Below are positions 47,568-58,100 of a stretch of 64,000 nt of DNA, piece by piece. Under the pieces are notes generated by a model. It ran no database searches, had not been told where the DNA came from, and saw only the letters and a program-made list of their open reading frames with translations. Each line of letters opens with the position of its first letter. The stretch's first letter is position 1. The position numbers and the translations under genes were made by a program. Source of the DNA: an uncultured virus (IMG/VR IMGVR_UViG_3300042934_000869) (lineage: Duplodnaviria > Heunggongvirae > Uroviricota > Caudoviricetes); the IMG/VR virus record IMGVR_UViG_3300042934_000869; one strand, 5' to 3'.

Positions 47568-49634
47568 TTAAGGTTGTGGAGCACTGCTAGGCTTCCATGT
47601 GTCTATACCTTCCCATGTTCGTATTCTATAGTAACTAAATCCTGACCAATTTTTTATATAACCTCCAATTTGTGTTTTAGACTGTTTAGCTTCAAAACAC
47701 CAGAATTTTCCATTACTATCTTTTCCTACATACATAGATACATGATTAGCTACATTTAAAACTATATCTCCAGGTTTGGGGTTCACACTATCTAAGTTAG
47801 GTATTCCTGCTCCCTCGAATATTGTCTTAAGCGATCCTGTTGAATACTGTGGTATGGTACTACCTCCTATGTCTAAATTAAAAGCTTTCCAGTAAGCTGT
47901 TCTTGTAAAACTGGAGCAGTCTAATCCAATTCTGGTATCACTTACTACCCATGTATCTCCTACCCTTCTGTAGTCAGGGTAAATCCAATTACCGCTTGAA
48001 TCTTTTAATGGGTAGTCCATTCTGCTTCCGTTTGCTCCAGAGCCTCCCCACACATACCAAGACCCAAACATCTTTTTAGCTTCTTCTAGTAGTCTTTTTC
48101 TTCCAGGTGTTAGACTATTTATATCTACATGGTAATCTACCATCCAATCTGTAGAACCTGAAGGTACCCATTGGTTATTTCCATTTGTATTACCGTTTCC
48201 TCCCGTAGTATTTTTATAATCATTAGGGTCATAACCATACTCACTATCACTAGAATTCTTAAGGCCACTATTAGGATTAGTGCCACTTACTACATTTCTG
48301 TAGGTTGTAGGATTAGTTGGGTCTACTCCAACACCAGCAAATTTTAACATTCTAGCATAGTATATTTGTCCAATAAAACATGATGAAACTACGTGTCCAT
48401 TAGATTCTAAAAGTGTATACATTATACCATCATTACCATAATCTTTCCACATAGAACCTTGAGTTCCTGCCTTACGTAAATCTCCCCAATCCGATGGTTC
48501 TTTTAATTTAGATTGTAAGTAAGATTGCATCTCAGAATCTGTAGTTCCTAATCCTATCGCTTTAAATACTCTTAAACATGGTGTTTTATTTGCCTGAGAC
48601 ATTGCTATATAAGAACTATTTCTTCCAGGACTTATATCAATTGCTCTGTTAGTTAAATGCCAACCATCTTCTAAAAGAAAGAAAGCTGCTAACCATTTAT
48701 AATCACTCGGACTTAAGTCTACTTTAGATAAATTTGATTCATATTTTTCAAACTGTTTTTTGTATAATGCTGTTAAGTCCTTGGTACCTTCTGTATAGTT
48801 TCCATTCTTGTATTTGCTTAAGAATTGTTCTTTCCAACTAGTACCTACATTATGATTTAGACTGGCTATTAATATTTGTGCTGTTGAGTCTAGTCCTGTT
48901 ATGTCTATACCATTTTTATTACTATACTCTTTATCTAGCATTGATAATTGATCTGGAAAATATGCCCAATCTCCTTTAGTTCTTCCAGGAGTCATTCCTT
49001 CTCCTAACATGTTTGATGGCTTATAAGTTCTTGTGTCATCGAAGTATGATGGTGTCATTTGAAATTGTGACACATATATATTATTTATCCAAGCCTCTGG
49101 TTCATAACCAACTCTATAGTAAGTTGGTTTAGTTGCTTGTGATAATGTAATACCTTTTGACTTATCCCACATAGGTGAGTTAGTAGTACTATCCCATTTT
49201 AATGGCGTTAAAGGTAAACTTTTATTATGTTCATAAGCTCCTTGTTCAGCTAGAGTCATACCTATAACTCCTTCTACTGGTATATGATATTGATAATCGT
49301 TTAACTTACCCTCTGCATTATCTCTGGCTAGTGTTAAGTATTCTTTTACAAATCCTTCTCCCTGTATTGAGTTTATTAATAATAAATTTATACCGTTAGT
49401 TGTACCATCTGAGTTAGTAGCTGAAAGATTTTTCTTCTTAACAAGTATTGGCTCTATAAATCCTCTTTTAGCATCTTTAGCTTTTGAGGTATTTGGTTTA
49501 TTAGATACTAGTACTATAGAGAATACAATGTATGTCAATATAATTGTTATTATTACTTTCAGTATAGTTTTTATTACTTTCTCTAAGGGATTTTGATTAA
49601 TTGGATTATTTTTATAATTCTTTAATAATCCCAT
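47568..49634 (-). CDS. conjugative cell-wall hydrolase: TM anchor, possible lysozyme-like domain, C-terminal NlpC/P60
   Basis: YVWGG...GLDCSSF...PGD...HVSMYVG; upstream LAEQG...QFQM...LNHNVG. Confidence 0.85.
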   Translation of the reverse strand: MGLLKNYKNNPINQNPLEKVIKTILKVIITIILTYIVFSIVLVSNKPNTSKAKDAKRGFIEPILVKKKNLSATNSDGTTNGINLLLINSIQGEGFVKEYLTLARDNAEGKLNDYQYHIPVEGVIGMTLAEQGAYEHNKSLPLTPLKWDSTTNSPMWDKSKGITLSQATKPTYYRVGYEPEAWINNIYVSQFQMTPSYFDDTRTYKPSNMLGEGMTPGRTKGDWAYFPDQLSMLDKEYSNKNGIDITGLDSTAQILIASLNHNVGTSWKEQFLSKYKNGNYTEGTKDLTALYKKQFEKYESNLSKVDLSPSDYKWLAAFFLLEDGWHLTNRAIDISPGRNSSYIAMSQANKTPCLRVFKAIGLGTTDSEMQSYLQSKLKEPSDWGDLRKAGTQGSMWKDYGNDGIMYTLLESNGHVVSSCFIGQIYYARMLKFAGVGVDPTNPTTYRNVVSGTNPNSGLKNSSDSEYGYDPNDYKNTTGGNGNTNGNNQWVPSGSTDWMVDYHVDINSLTPGRKRLLEEAKKMFGSWYVWGGSGANGSRMDYPLKDSSGNWIYPDYRRVGDTWVVSDTRIGLDCSSFTRTAYWKAFNLDIGGSTIPQYSTGSLKTIFEGAGIPNLDSVNPKPGDIVLNVANHVSMYVGKDSNGKFWCFEAKQSKTQIGGYIKNWSGFSYYRIRTWEGIDTWKPSSAPQP

Positions 49635-49636
49635 TC

Positions 49637-51601
49637 TTATATCATCCTGTCTCTAGTTTCTAAATCTTCTAGTATATGTTCTGGTATAAATGCTTTCATC
49701 ATACATACACCTTCATCTATACCTGTATCATACTGAACAGCAAAATAATTTCTGAACTGTGTTTTATTACTTTGTATCTTTTTTACCATGGGTTCTAGTC
49801 TATGACCGTTTATACTCTTTAATACTTTGTAATCAGATTCTGACTCTAAAGGTCCTATTATTAATGTACTGAGGTTAGATTTTAGAGGTTCCATACCAGG
49901 CATATCTAGAACTGATATAGTGTTCATTAATAGTATAACCATTACATTAGAACTTCTAGCTCCTGTTACTATTGCAGTAATAAATTTTAGCATAGCTTTG
50001 AATTCTTCTATTCTAGCTAATTCTTCATATATACAAACTGTTCCTTCTCTCATTTTCTTTCTTATACTAATCTTCTTCATGTCTAGATACGAAATCATTT
50101 GTGTTCTCATAGCATCGTCCTCAGATACAGATGAAGGATTATTTCTATTAAGTTCATATATTACTAGAGGTGTTTCTATTATATCCTGTATAGTTATCTC
50201 TCTTCCTTTAAACGTATCCTCTATTCTAAACTTAGTTTCTATAGAAACTTTCATATCATCTATTGTTGCAGAGTATTTTGAGTATGATGCTGAATTCTTC
50301 AATTCATCTAAAATTGGTATTATATCCTCGTATCTTATATTTTTAGTATTTCTTAAAGATTTAGGAGACCGTTTGTCTACTTTTCTACTGCTGAATAATT
50401 TAGTTATAGCCATTTTTAATACGTAGCTCATATCTCTTATTTCTTTATCATTTGCAGGTTTGCATGACATTAATAGTAATCCTTCAGTTGCATTAAACGC
50501 CATATTGTAAAAATCTACACAATCATCTACTGTGTCTACTTCTACATCATCTAGTCTCATAGTATTTACATATGATTTAGATGTTTCACTTATATCAATT
50601 ATTAGTGTCTTAACAAATTTACTTAGCTTTCCATACTCCCCTCCCTTTACATCAAGAGCTGAACAATGTTTGTTTCCTGCACATAACGACAGTATCATTC
50701 CAAAAGTTAATATTGTTTTACCATGACCTGCTGGAGCATTAACTAGTAGTATCTGTCTAGCTCCTGTTGCAAAAAAGTTTAATATGAAAGGTGTCTTAGA
50801 ACCAGTATCTATTCCTAATAGAGTTCCAGTACCATCACCTATAAATCCGTGAGTCTTATATGGAGTAAGCGAGGCTAAGTTTTCATCTGACATTAACACT
50901 TCCTGAAACTCTTTACTTTTTCTTTCTTTTAAGAAAGATGAAGGTGAATGATTCATTAAAAAGTTTGCTGAGTTTGCAGATAACTCTTTGTATCTGAATC
51001 CTTTATTGTCTAGATATTGTAATACCTCTCTTCTTATAGATAACATTACTTTATCTGTTTCTGATAGTAATTCTATGAATATAAAGGACTCAAATAGCTT
51101 ACCGCTGTTTCCAACAACATTAGATATGTATTCGTGAGATTCATAATCCTCTTTAAATTTTCTTACACTTTCTTTACTGACAGTAAATTTTCCTGATAGC
51201 ATAGTTCCGAATGTTCTACCTGTAGACTTATCTGTTCCAGATAGTTCTTCATATACATTCTTTAGTTTATTATATTTATCTTCAGCACTTCCCATTTGTC
51301 TTCTAAATGACTCTGACATTATATCTATCTTTGTTTCAAAGCTGCCTATGTTTAGGAAAACTTTCGATGATTTATCTATAGTAAAAGTTATTGCTCCTAA
51401 AACTTCTGAAAGTCTTTCATTATAATCTACTGGGAATTGTGTTATACATACCACTCTTTTGACATATTTCTTTGTTACAATTTTATCGAATAAGGGTTTT
51501 ATACCTAATGAAGATAAATTATTTCTTCTTAGCAGACCTCCTCCTGATAACCAATTTGCTACGTAACTAGAGTAAAAATCTATTGTATCTTTAAATGCCA
51601 T
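49637..51601 (-). CDS. VirB4-like conjugation ATPase
   Basis: LLGID...APAGHGKT (Walker A), LDVKGGEY, CIYEE (Walker B), ARS; next to the wall hydrolase. Confidence 0.85.
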   Translation of the reverse strand: MAFKDTIDFYSSYVANWLSGGGLLRRNNLSSLGIKPLFDKIVTKKYVKRVVCITQFPVDYNERLSEVLGAITFTIDKSSKVFLNIGSFETKIDIMSESFRRQMGSAEDKYNKLKNVYEELSGTDKSTGRTFGTMLSGKFTVSKESVRKFKEDYESHEYISNVVGNSGKLFESFIFIELLSETDKVMLSIRREVLQYLDNKGFRYKELSANSANFLMNHSPSSFLKERKSKEFQEVLMSDENLASLTPYKTHGFIGDGTGTLLGIDTGSKTPFILNFFATGARQILLVNAPAGHGKTILTFGMILSLCAGNKHCSALDVKGGEYGKLSKFVKTLIIDISETSKSYVNTMRLDDVEVDTVDDCVDFYNMAFNATEGLLLMSCKPANDKEIRDMSYVLKMAITKLFSSRKVDKRSPKSLRNTKNIRYEDIIPILDELKNSASYSKYSATIDDMKVSIETKFRIEDTFKGREITIQDIIETPLVIYELNRNNPSSVSEDDAMRTQMISYLDMKKISIRKKMREGTVCIYEELARIEEFKAMLKFITAIVTGARSSNVMVILLMNTISVLDMPGMEPLKSNLSTLIIGPLESESDYKVLKSINGHRLEPMVKKIQSNKTQFRNYFAVQYDTGIDEGVCMMKAFIPEHILEDLETRDRMI

Positions 51602-51614
51602 CCCCCGACACCTC

Positions 51615-52868
51615 CTAGCTACTTTGGATTATTCCAAGAAGTTTTCGTATAGCACTCTTTGAAGATAATCCTATAAATCTATCTTTATCAGTAAGATAAT
51701 CACTATATTCTGTATCTGTATCCCAACTCATTAAAGATGAACTGTTATTGGTTATAGTGTTAATTTGCTTGAGATTATGTTTACTTAGATTATCTATATT
51801 TCTACATATGTTAAAGTACAATAAGTTAGAACCTATTAATGTTGGTTTATTATAATTCTTACAATCTACTACTATAAGGATATCTAGCTCATATTTATTA
51901 GTTAATAGTAAATCAAATAGTTTCATATAATTCCCATAGCTTAGTATAAAATCATTAGATATTATATCAGACTCTCTAAACTCATTTTTAACCTTAAAAT
52001 AATTACTCTCTAATTCTGATATTCTGAAATAATCATTACTATCATGTAGTCTAACTATTTTGCATGATAACTTATGTTGTAGTCTTATAGAATTAAATAA
52101 GGTAGTTAGAAATGAGTGTTCGTGTATTAGTTCTTGGTATTCCTTAAAATACAGTATCTTTGGTCTATTGGTATACCTGTCTACTTTTATCTGGTCGTAT
52201 ATATCTCTACTAAAATAAACCTCATATTCTTTAAGAAGTATATTTTGATTTATTACTTTCTCTACTAGATTGGTGTAATTATTTTGAGATATCTCCAAGT
52301 CTTTAGTTAACTGAAGTATTTGTGATTCATATTTTCTTATATTTGTTGTATAAATATTTTTCTCTTCTAATTGCTCTTCTAATATATGTCTTAGGCTTAT
52401 ATAGGATTCTATTACCTCTCTTACTGTAGGGCTTATATCAGTTTCTAATAATTTTCTAGCTAGTCCTTCTGTAGTAAGTTTTTCGGTTTTAATAACATGT
52501 CTAGATTGTTCTGACTTATCTTCATATAATATTGAATATAATAAACTATTAGTTATTGTTGTGTAATCAAGATCGTAACATTTACAGAAAGAACCTAAAA
52601 GCCTAGTCAGTAATGGGTCATCGCTTATTAGATATAATTCTAGGTCTAGTATATCTTTATACAGCTTTAAATCCTCTAATCCATCATATCTGTAATGTCC
52701 TATTATAACTACCTTTCTAGTCTTTATAGTCTGTTCTAATTTTAATTCTCTTATATTATCAACTATATCTACTCCGTAATGAACAAGGTTAGATATGTTA
52801 GATGTTAATTTTACTTTTACACTTTCATCTATTACTAGTATGCAATTAAGGTTTTGAAATACTGTCAT
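51615..52868 (-). CDS. hypothetical protein of the transfer region
   Basis: 417 aa, central coiled coil. Confidence 0.7.
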   Translation of the reverse strand: MTVFQNLNCILVIDESVKVKLTSNISNLVHYGVDIVDNIRELKLEQTIKTRKVVIIGHYRYDGLEDLKLYKDILDLELYLISDDPLLTRLLGSFCKCYDLDYTTITNSLLYSILYEDKSEQSRHVIKTEKLTTEGLARKLLETDISPTVREVIESYISLRHILEEQLEEKNIYTTNIRKYESQILQLTKDLEISQNNYTNLVEKVINQNILLKEYEVYFSRDIYDQIKVDRYTNRPKILYFKEYQELIHEHSFLTTLFNSIRLQHKLSCKIVRLHDSNDYFRISELESNYFKVKNEFRESDIISNDFILSYGNYMKLFDLLLTNKYELDILIVVDCKNYNKPTLIGSNLLYFNICRNIDNLSKHNLKQINTITNNSSSLMSWDTDTEYSDYLTDKDRFIGLSSKSAIRKLLGIIQSS

Positions 52869-52879
52869 TTTATAACCTC

Positions 52880-54172
52880 CTATACTTGCAGTAATGTAGA
52901 TAGGTCTTTTCTTTCAGATAGGTCAACAGGTTCTATTACTTTAGCACCTTTGCATATTTTATCTGCATCTACTGCTGTTATTACTTTAAATGTTTTATCG
53001 AATTTTATCGAATTGTTTAGGAAAATAAATGTATCTATTTTCTTACTAATACTGCTATTTACTTTATTTTCTATTAGTAGAAGTTCATCTCTAACTGATT
53101 GTGTGCAGTAAAATATTCTAGATAGTCTATACTCGCAAACATCTAATACCTTATCTAACTGGTCTATTGTACAATCTATTATTATGTAATCACTTTTAGT
53201 TCTATTAGGTATACTTAAATAATATTTTAAATATGATACTTTTAGATTAGTGTCTTTTATTTCAGCTGTGCTAAAGATACAGAACTTTATATCTGTATAT
53301 ACTTTACCTGTTAATAACTCTTTATTATCAACTAATTTTGAGTTCTTTATTATCCTTAAACAGTGTCTTGCAGACCCACAGTTGGGAGATATATCTATCA
53401 TATCTATCTTATTATTACTGTATAGTGACCTAGCTAAATTTGAAGCAAAAACACTAGTTCCAGCTTTTGGATTTCCACATACTATTATTATATTTTTTTC
53501 GTAAGTTAGTGGGTCTATCTCTATGCCTTTAAAGTCCACATCTAGCTCTGGAAGTTCCTTTGATGGTATATCTATTATTGGTCTATTATTATCCGATATC
53601 ACTGAAGCACTCTTCATCTTTTCATATGCTTCAAGTCTATCTTCTTCTTTTGGAAGAATATTCTTTTTGTAATTCTGAGGATCATATCCTGTTATAGAGT
53701 CCTCAGATATTACGCTTCTGTAAACTCTTTTATAACTAACTTTTTTCTTTTCTGTATCTACTATTCCCGTTATCTCTCTATAGATATCTTGATAACTAGT
53801 TTCTCCTTCTACTAGATTTATCCTATAGTCATGAAAATCTAGTTCTATCATTAATTGCTTAAAATAGTTTGACCCTTTTATATTATTCTCGTTATCTTCT
53901 CCAAAAACATAAATCTCTCTTACATCGAAAAATGCTTTGTTATTCATTAATTCATACAACGATGTTAAATCATCTCTTATGCTTACTGACTCATCTATCT
54001 TATATATAAGTTTATCAGCACGTATCATAGATTTCTTAAGTGTATCTATGTCTGTACTAAAAGAATGATAAACATCTTCTTCTAGTATCTCTATAGAACC
54101 TCCAGAAGTTTTTCTTATGTAATCAGCTATGCTCTTAGCAGACATTCCTCCAACTATAAGACATTTAATCAT
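52880..54172 (-). CDS. degenerate MinD/ParA/CpaE-like P-loop protein
   Basis: IIIVCGNPKAGTSVFASNLA, MIDIS, DYIIIDC. Confidence 0.65.
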   Translation of the reverse strand: MIKCLIVGGMSAKSIADYIRKTSGGSIEILEEDVYHSFSTDIDTLKKSMIRADKLIYKIDESVSIRDDLTSLYELMNNKAFFDVREIYVFGEDNENNIKGSNYFKQLMIELDFHDYRINLVEGETSYQDIYREITGIVDTEKKKVSYKRVYRSVISEDSITGYDPQNYKKNILPKEEDRLEAYEKMKSASVISDNNRPIIDIPSKELPELDVDFKGIEIDPLTYEKNIIIVCGNPKAGTSVFASNLARSLYSNNKIDMIDISPNCGSARHCLRIIKNSKLVDNKELLTGKVYTDIKFCIFSTAEIKDTNLKVSYLKYYLSIPNRTKSDYIIIDCTIDQLDKVLDVCEYRLSRIFYCTQSVRDELLLIENKVNSSISKKIDTFIFLNNSIKFDKTFKVITAVDADKICKGAKVIEPVDLSERKDLSTLLQV

Positions 54173-55118
54173 TTATTTTCACGCTCCCAGTCTCTAATTT
54201 TAGTTTAGATAATTCATTTATAGTTCCATCTTTATATTGAACTCTTCTCACATTCACTAGACCTTTCATGCTTAGTAGTGTATCGGTAGATACTTCAGAT
54301 ATTTTTAAGCTAGATAAATCTAATGCCTCTAAACCATGATAATCTCTCATAAATGCTCTCATTCCATCTTCATTAAGAAACTCTATACTTCTTATTGAGT
54401 TATCAATTTTAGTGATTTCCTCTAGTTTATTTAGTATTATATCAAACATCTGTCTTTGATATGGATTTCTAGTTCTTATTATAACTATAGTATCGTATAA
54501 TGAATTATACTGAGAACATATATCTAGAACATGATTTGTTAAATCAAGCATTACTCTGGATAAGTCTGTGTCTTCTATAGCAGTCAGACTTTTTATGAAA
54601 GTTTTACATTCTAGACTCTCTCTAAAGTTCTCTGGCATATTATAAACTCTGTGCTCTAATTCATGTGTTCCGATTGTTCTAAATAATTCGTTAAATATCT
54701 CTCTATTGCCTTCAGCTTTTTGGTCAGTTGTTGCACCAAATTTGAATGACATCATTAACGCAAAGTTACCATCTGTGTACTCGAATATGGTAGCTTCACG
54801 AATTTTTTCAAAGTTATCTTTATTCCTTACAAAGAAGTAATTACTTAGAGATGAATCTTTTGATCTTACATGTTCTATCATTTTATCATCTTCTCTAATT
54901 ACTGCTACTCTCAAAATTACTACAAATAATATAATAGTAACTATTATTTGTATGATGACTATAAGTGGTAGAAACCTACCACTTATAAATCCACTTACGT
55001 ATGAGAATATAAATATGTTAGCTAAAACTGTGATTATAACTAAAGCTGTAGTTTTCTCGGAAGCACTAGCTGTGCTTGCCGCTTCCATATTTTTGCTTAC
55101 GTTTATTGGGAATTTCAT
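54165..55118 (-). CDS. two-TM transfer-region protein
   Basis: two N-terminal TMs plus soluble domain, upstream of the VirB4-like gene. Confidence 0.6.
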   Translation of the reverse strand: MKFPINVSKNMEAASTASASEKTTALVIITVLANIFIFSYVSGFISGRFLPLIVIIQIIVTIILFVVILRVAVIREDDKMIEHVRSKDSSLSNYFFVRNKDNFEKIREATIFEYTDGNFALMMSFKFGATTDQKAEGNREIFNELFRTIGTHELEHRVYNMPENFRESLECKTFIKSLTAIEDTDLSRVMLDLTNHVLDICSQYNSLYDTIVIIRTRNPYQRQMFDIILNKLEEITKIDNSIRSIEFLNEDGMRAFMRDYHGLEALDLSSLKISEVSTDTLLSMKGLVNVRRVQYKDGTINELSKLKLETGSVKIND

Positions 55119-55132
55119 TTCTCATACACTCC

Positions 55133-58100
55133 TCACATTTTATATTTATCAAACTTATCATCCATATAATCTATATCTTCTTCATCATAGGATACTTTAT
55201 TTTTTCCCCTTTTCTTTGCTCTGTACTTAGTATCGCTTTCATCATATTTAAAGGTTTTACTTCTTCCTCTCATGAAACTTCCTTGTATGTAATCATCATA
55301 TGCATCATCTACTGAATGGTCAAATGAGAATTTATCAGTTAAACCTCTTAACATATTTTTTCTTTGTATATCTTCTTCATCATCTCCAGAATTACTATAT
55401 TTTTGCCTTGCTCCAAAGTATCTCTGCAATGCCCCTCTTACATTCCCTTTTGGCTTAAATCTGCTAAACTTAGCATTCACAGCTGCATTACCAAAATCTG
55501 ATATATTTCTTAGAAGTGAATACAGTACTGTAGTCATTATACTGAACAGTATTAAATATATTAATAACAGTAATATAAGAGTCCATACTGTTGTTGAGAA
55601 TTTATGAGCTGTTGCTGTAGTAATAATAAAAATGCAATAACAACCATAAATTACAGAAAATATCTTTATATAACCTTTGAATATATTTTGCATTTTTTCT
55701 ACTTTATTTAATGCCAGTCTTGCAACTACACATGCCAATAATAACAAATATAATATTGGTACACCGTAAGACATTATCTTTACTATTAGAAAAGATATTA
55801 CTGCTATGATAGTGTAGATTATCAATCCAGGCTCTTTAAATTCTGCATATAGATAATCTATTATATTTCGGTCGCTTGCAATATATCTGTCATAATCTTT
55901 AGTAAGAGTTGGTAATAGAATGTCTCCTAATTTCATCTCTTCATAGTTTAATGACTGTGGGTATATGTTATCGTCTAATGCACTTATATAACTATTTAAT
56001 TCAGATACTGCGAATAAAGAAACTACTTTTACTATATTCTCATCTGACTCAAAGGCTAATGTATTTGCATTCTTTATTAAGTACTGTTTTGTTATGTCAT
56101 TTACATGTTCTATCATCCTAGCCATCTTAGTATTGTCTACTACCTTACCAGTTTGAAGGTCGTAATAACCTAGTCTACACATTGTTTGAAACCATAGGCT
56201 ATCTCTTACTAGATTGTATTCTGATTGTATATCAGTTACAAATTTTTTGTGTAGACCAAGGAAATCTATATTATCTCCTCCAAATTGACTTTTAGCTTTT
56301 TCTACAAATTCATCTGAGAATTGGTCAGACAATTTATCTAGATTATCTCCGTTTAGAAATAAATCAGATTTTACATATGTAGATACCATAAAGCTATCCT
56401 TAAACAGTCCATTTCCATACGATAAAGATCGTCTAGGAATATTGTATAGCTCAGCTGATTTGTTTAGATTATTTATAAATCCGTCCATAACATAAAAGTA
56501 TGGAGTATAATAATCTATTACTGATGATTGAACTTTATAATTATCAATCCTATACGGGGTCTCTATTTCTGTAGTACTGAATGAACCTTTTATACTTATT
56601 CCAGCAAATAATCTATCTAGATTTATTTTTAGGAAATCACCCTGAACATATAATCCAGTTAGGTCATCTAACACATACGGTTCTCCAGTTAGTAGGGATT
56701 TCTCTCCTATTTGTTCTAATCCTGATAACTGCTTTAGCTCATCATTACTAAATCTATATAGATTGATTGATGACGTTCCTAGGGAAAAGTTTCCATGCTC
56801 ATCATACCCAACTCTAACGTTGTACGGGTCTCTATACAGTTCTTGTCTCATAATAAGAGATTTATATCCTAAATCATCCGAAAAAAGACTTATTCCACCA
56901 TTCAATACGTCTGACATATATAACGGAACTACCTGTAATGATAGATAAGTTATCACTAGTGATAGCGATACTATGGTTACTGTGTAAATTATATTTATTC
57001 TTTTTCTAGCATAATTTTGAATAAAATATAGTGAAACTACAGTAAATATTATTAGGATAAACTTATTAGAATAGTATAGTAGTTTACTAAAAATCGGATC
57101 TTGGTATGCTGATTTTAGACCTATTATTCCAGTTATACTACCAAAATTACTTTCAGCAGTCTTTGCTGTATCTACTATAAGTTCTTGCCAGTTAGATAGT
57201 GCTATACCGTCACTATATGTTTCTTTTATATTTTTTACAAAGGGAGCTATATCAGATAGTCCTTGATTCCCTTCTATAAAAGTATCAGTTATCCTTCTTA
57301 GATTGTATCTACCATTTACTAAAAGTCTTTCACCATCACTGTTTAAAGTCATTGAATCATAAAATCTTTTTCCTATAAATCCATATTTTTCATTACTTAC
57401 CTCATCTAGGTCTCCAGATACAGGAAATATAGTTGTGGTCTCACCAAAGTCTACTTTTGTTTCAGATGTCCTAGTGGCTACATTAACACCTAACTGACTT
57501 ATTTTACTTGATGTAAAAAATGCTTCAATGGATTTCTTTATATTACTTCCTTCAAAAGAAAAGTTGAAAGCTCTCATCGTAGTTATTTTATCTGAACCAT
57601 CTATAACCATTCTAAGCTCCAATGGCATTGCTCCATAAGGTGTTCTATCAACACTTACATTACTTTTATCCTCTGATATCACACATGGAAGAGCATAATA
57701 TCCTAAACTTCCTGAAATGCTTTGCACAAAACTAAAACTTAATTTCTCAGTAGGTCCTGTATCACTTTGTCCTAAGTGTTCTACTGGATCAGCTTCTTGT
57801 TTCTTCTTTACTCTATCTTCTCCTATTCTTGAAGTAGATTCCAGCATTGCTACTACATACTTTCCTTCGTCTCCCTGAGAAGCATTAAAGTAATTAGATG
57901 TTAAACTAGTTGTAGGATAGTTATCCATAAATGCTGCTGTATTAGGATTGTATACAATACCTAGATCTTCTCTATAAAAAGTTGCATTTGCAGATGCTGG
58001 AACTACTACAGTGTCGTCATCTAATACTATGTCTCCAAATGGGTTTATATAGAGTAATCTATAATCTTTATTCTTTACTTGCTCTATTATTTTTTTATTT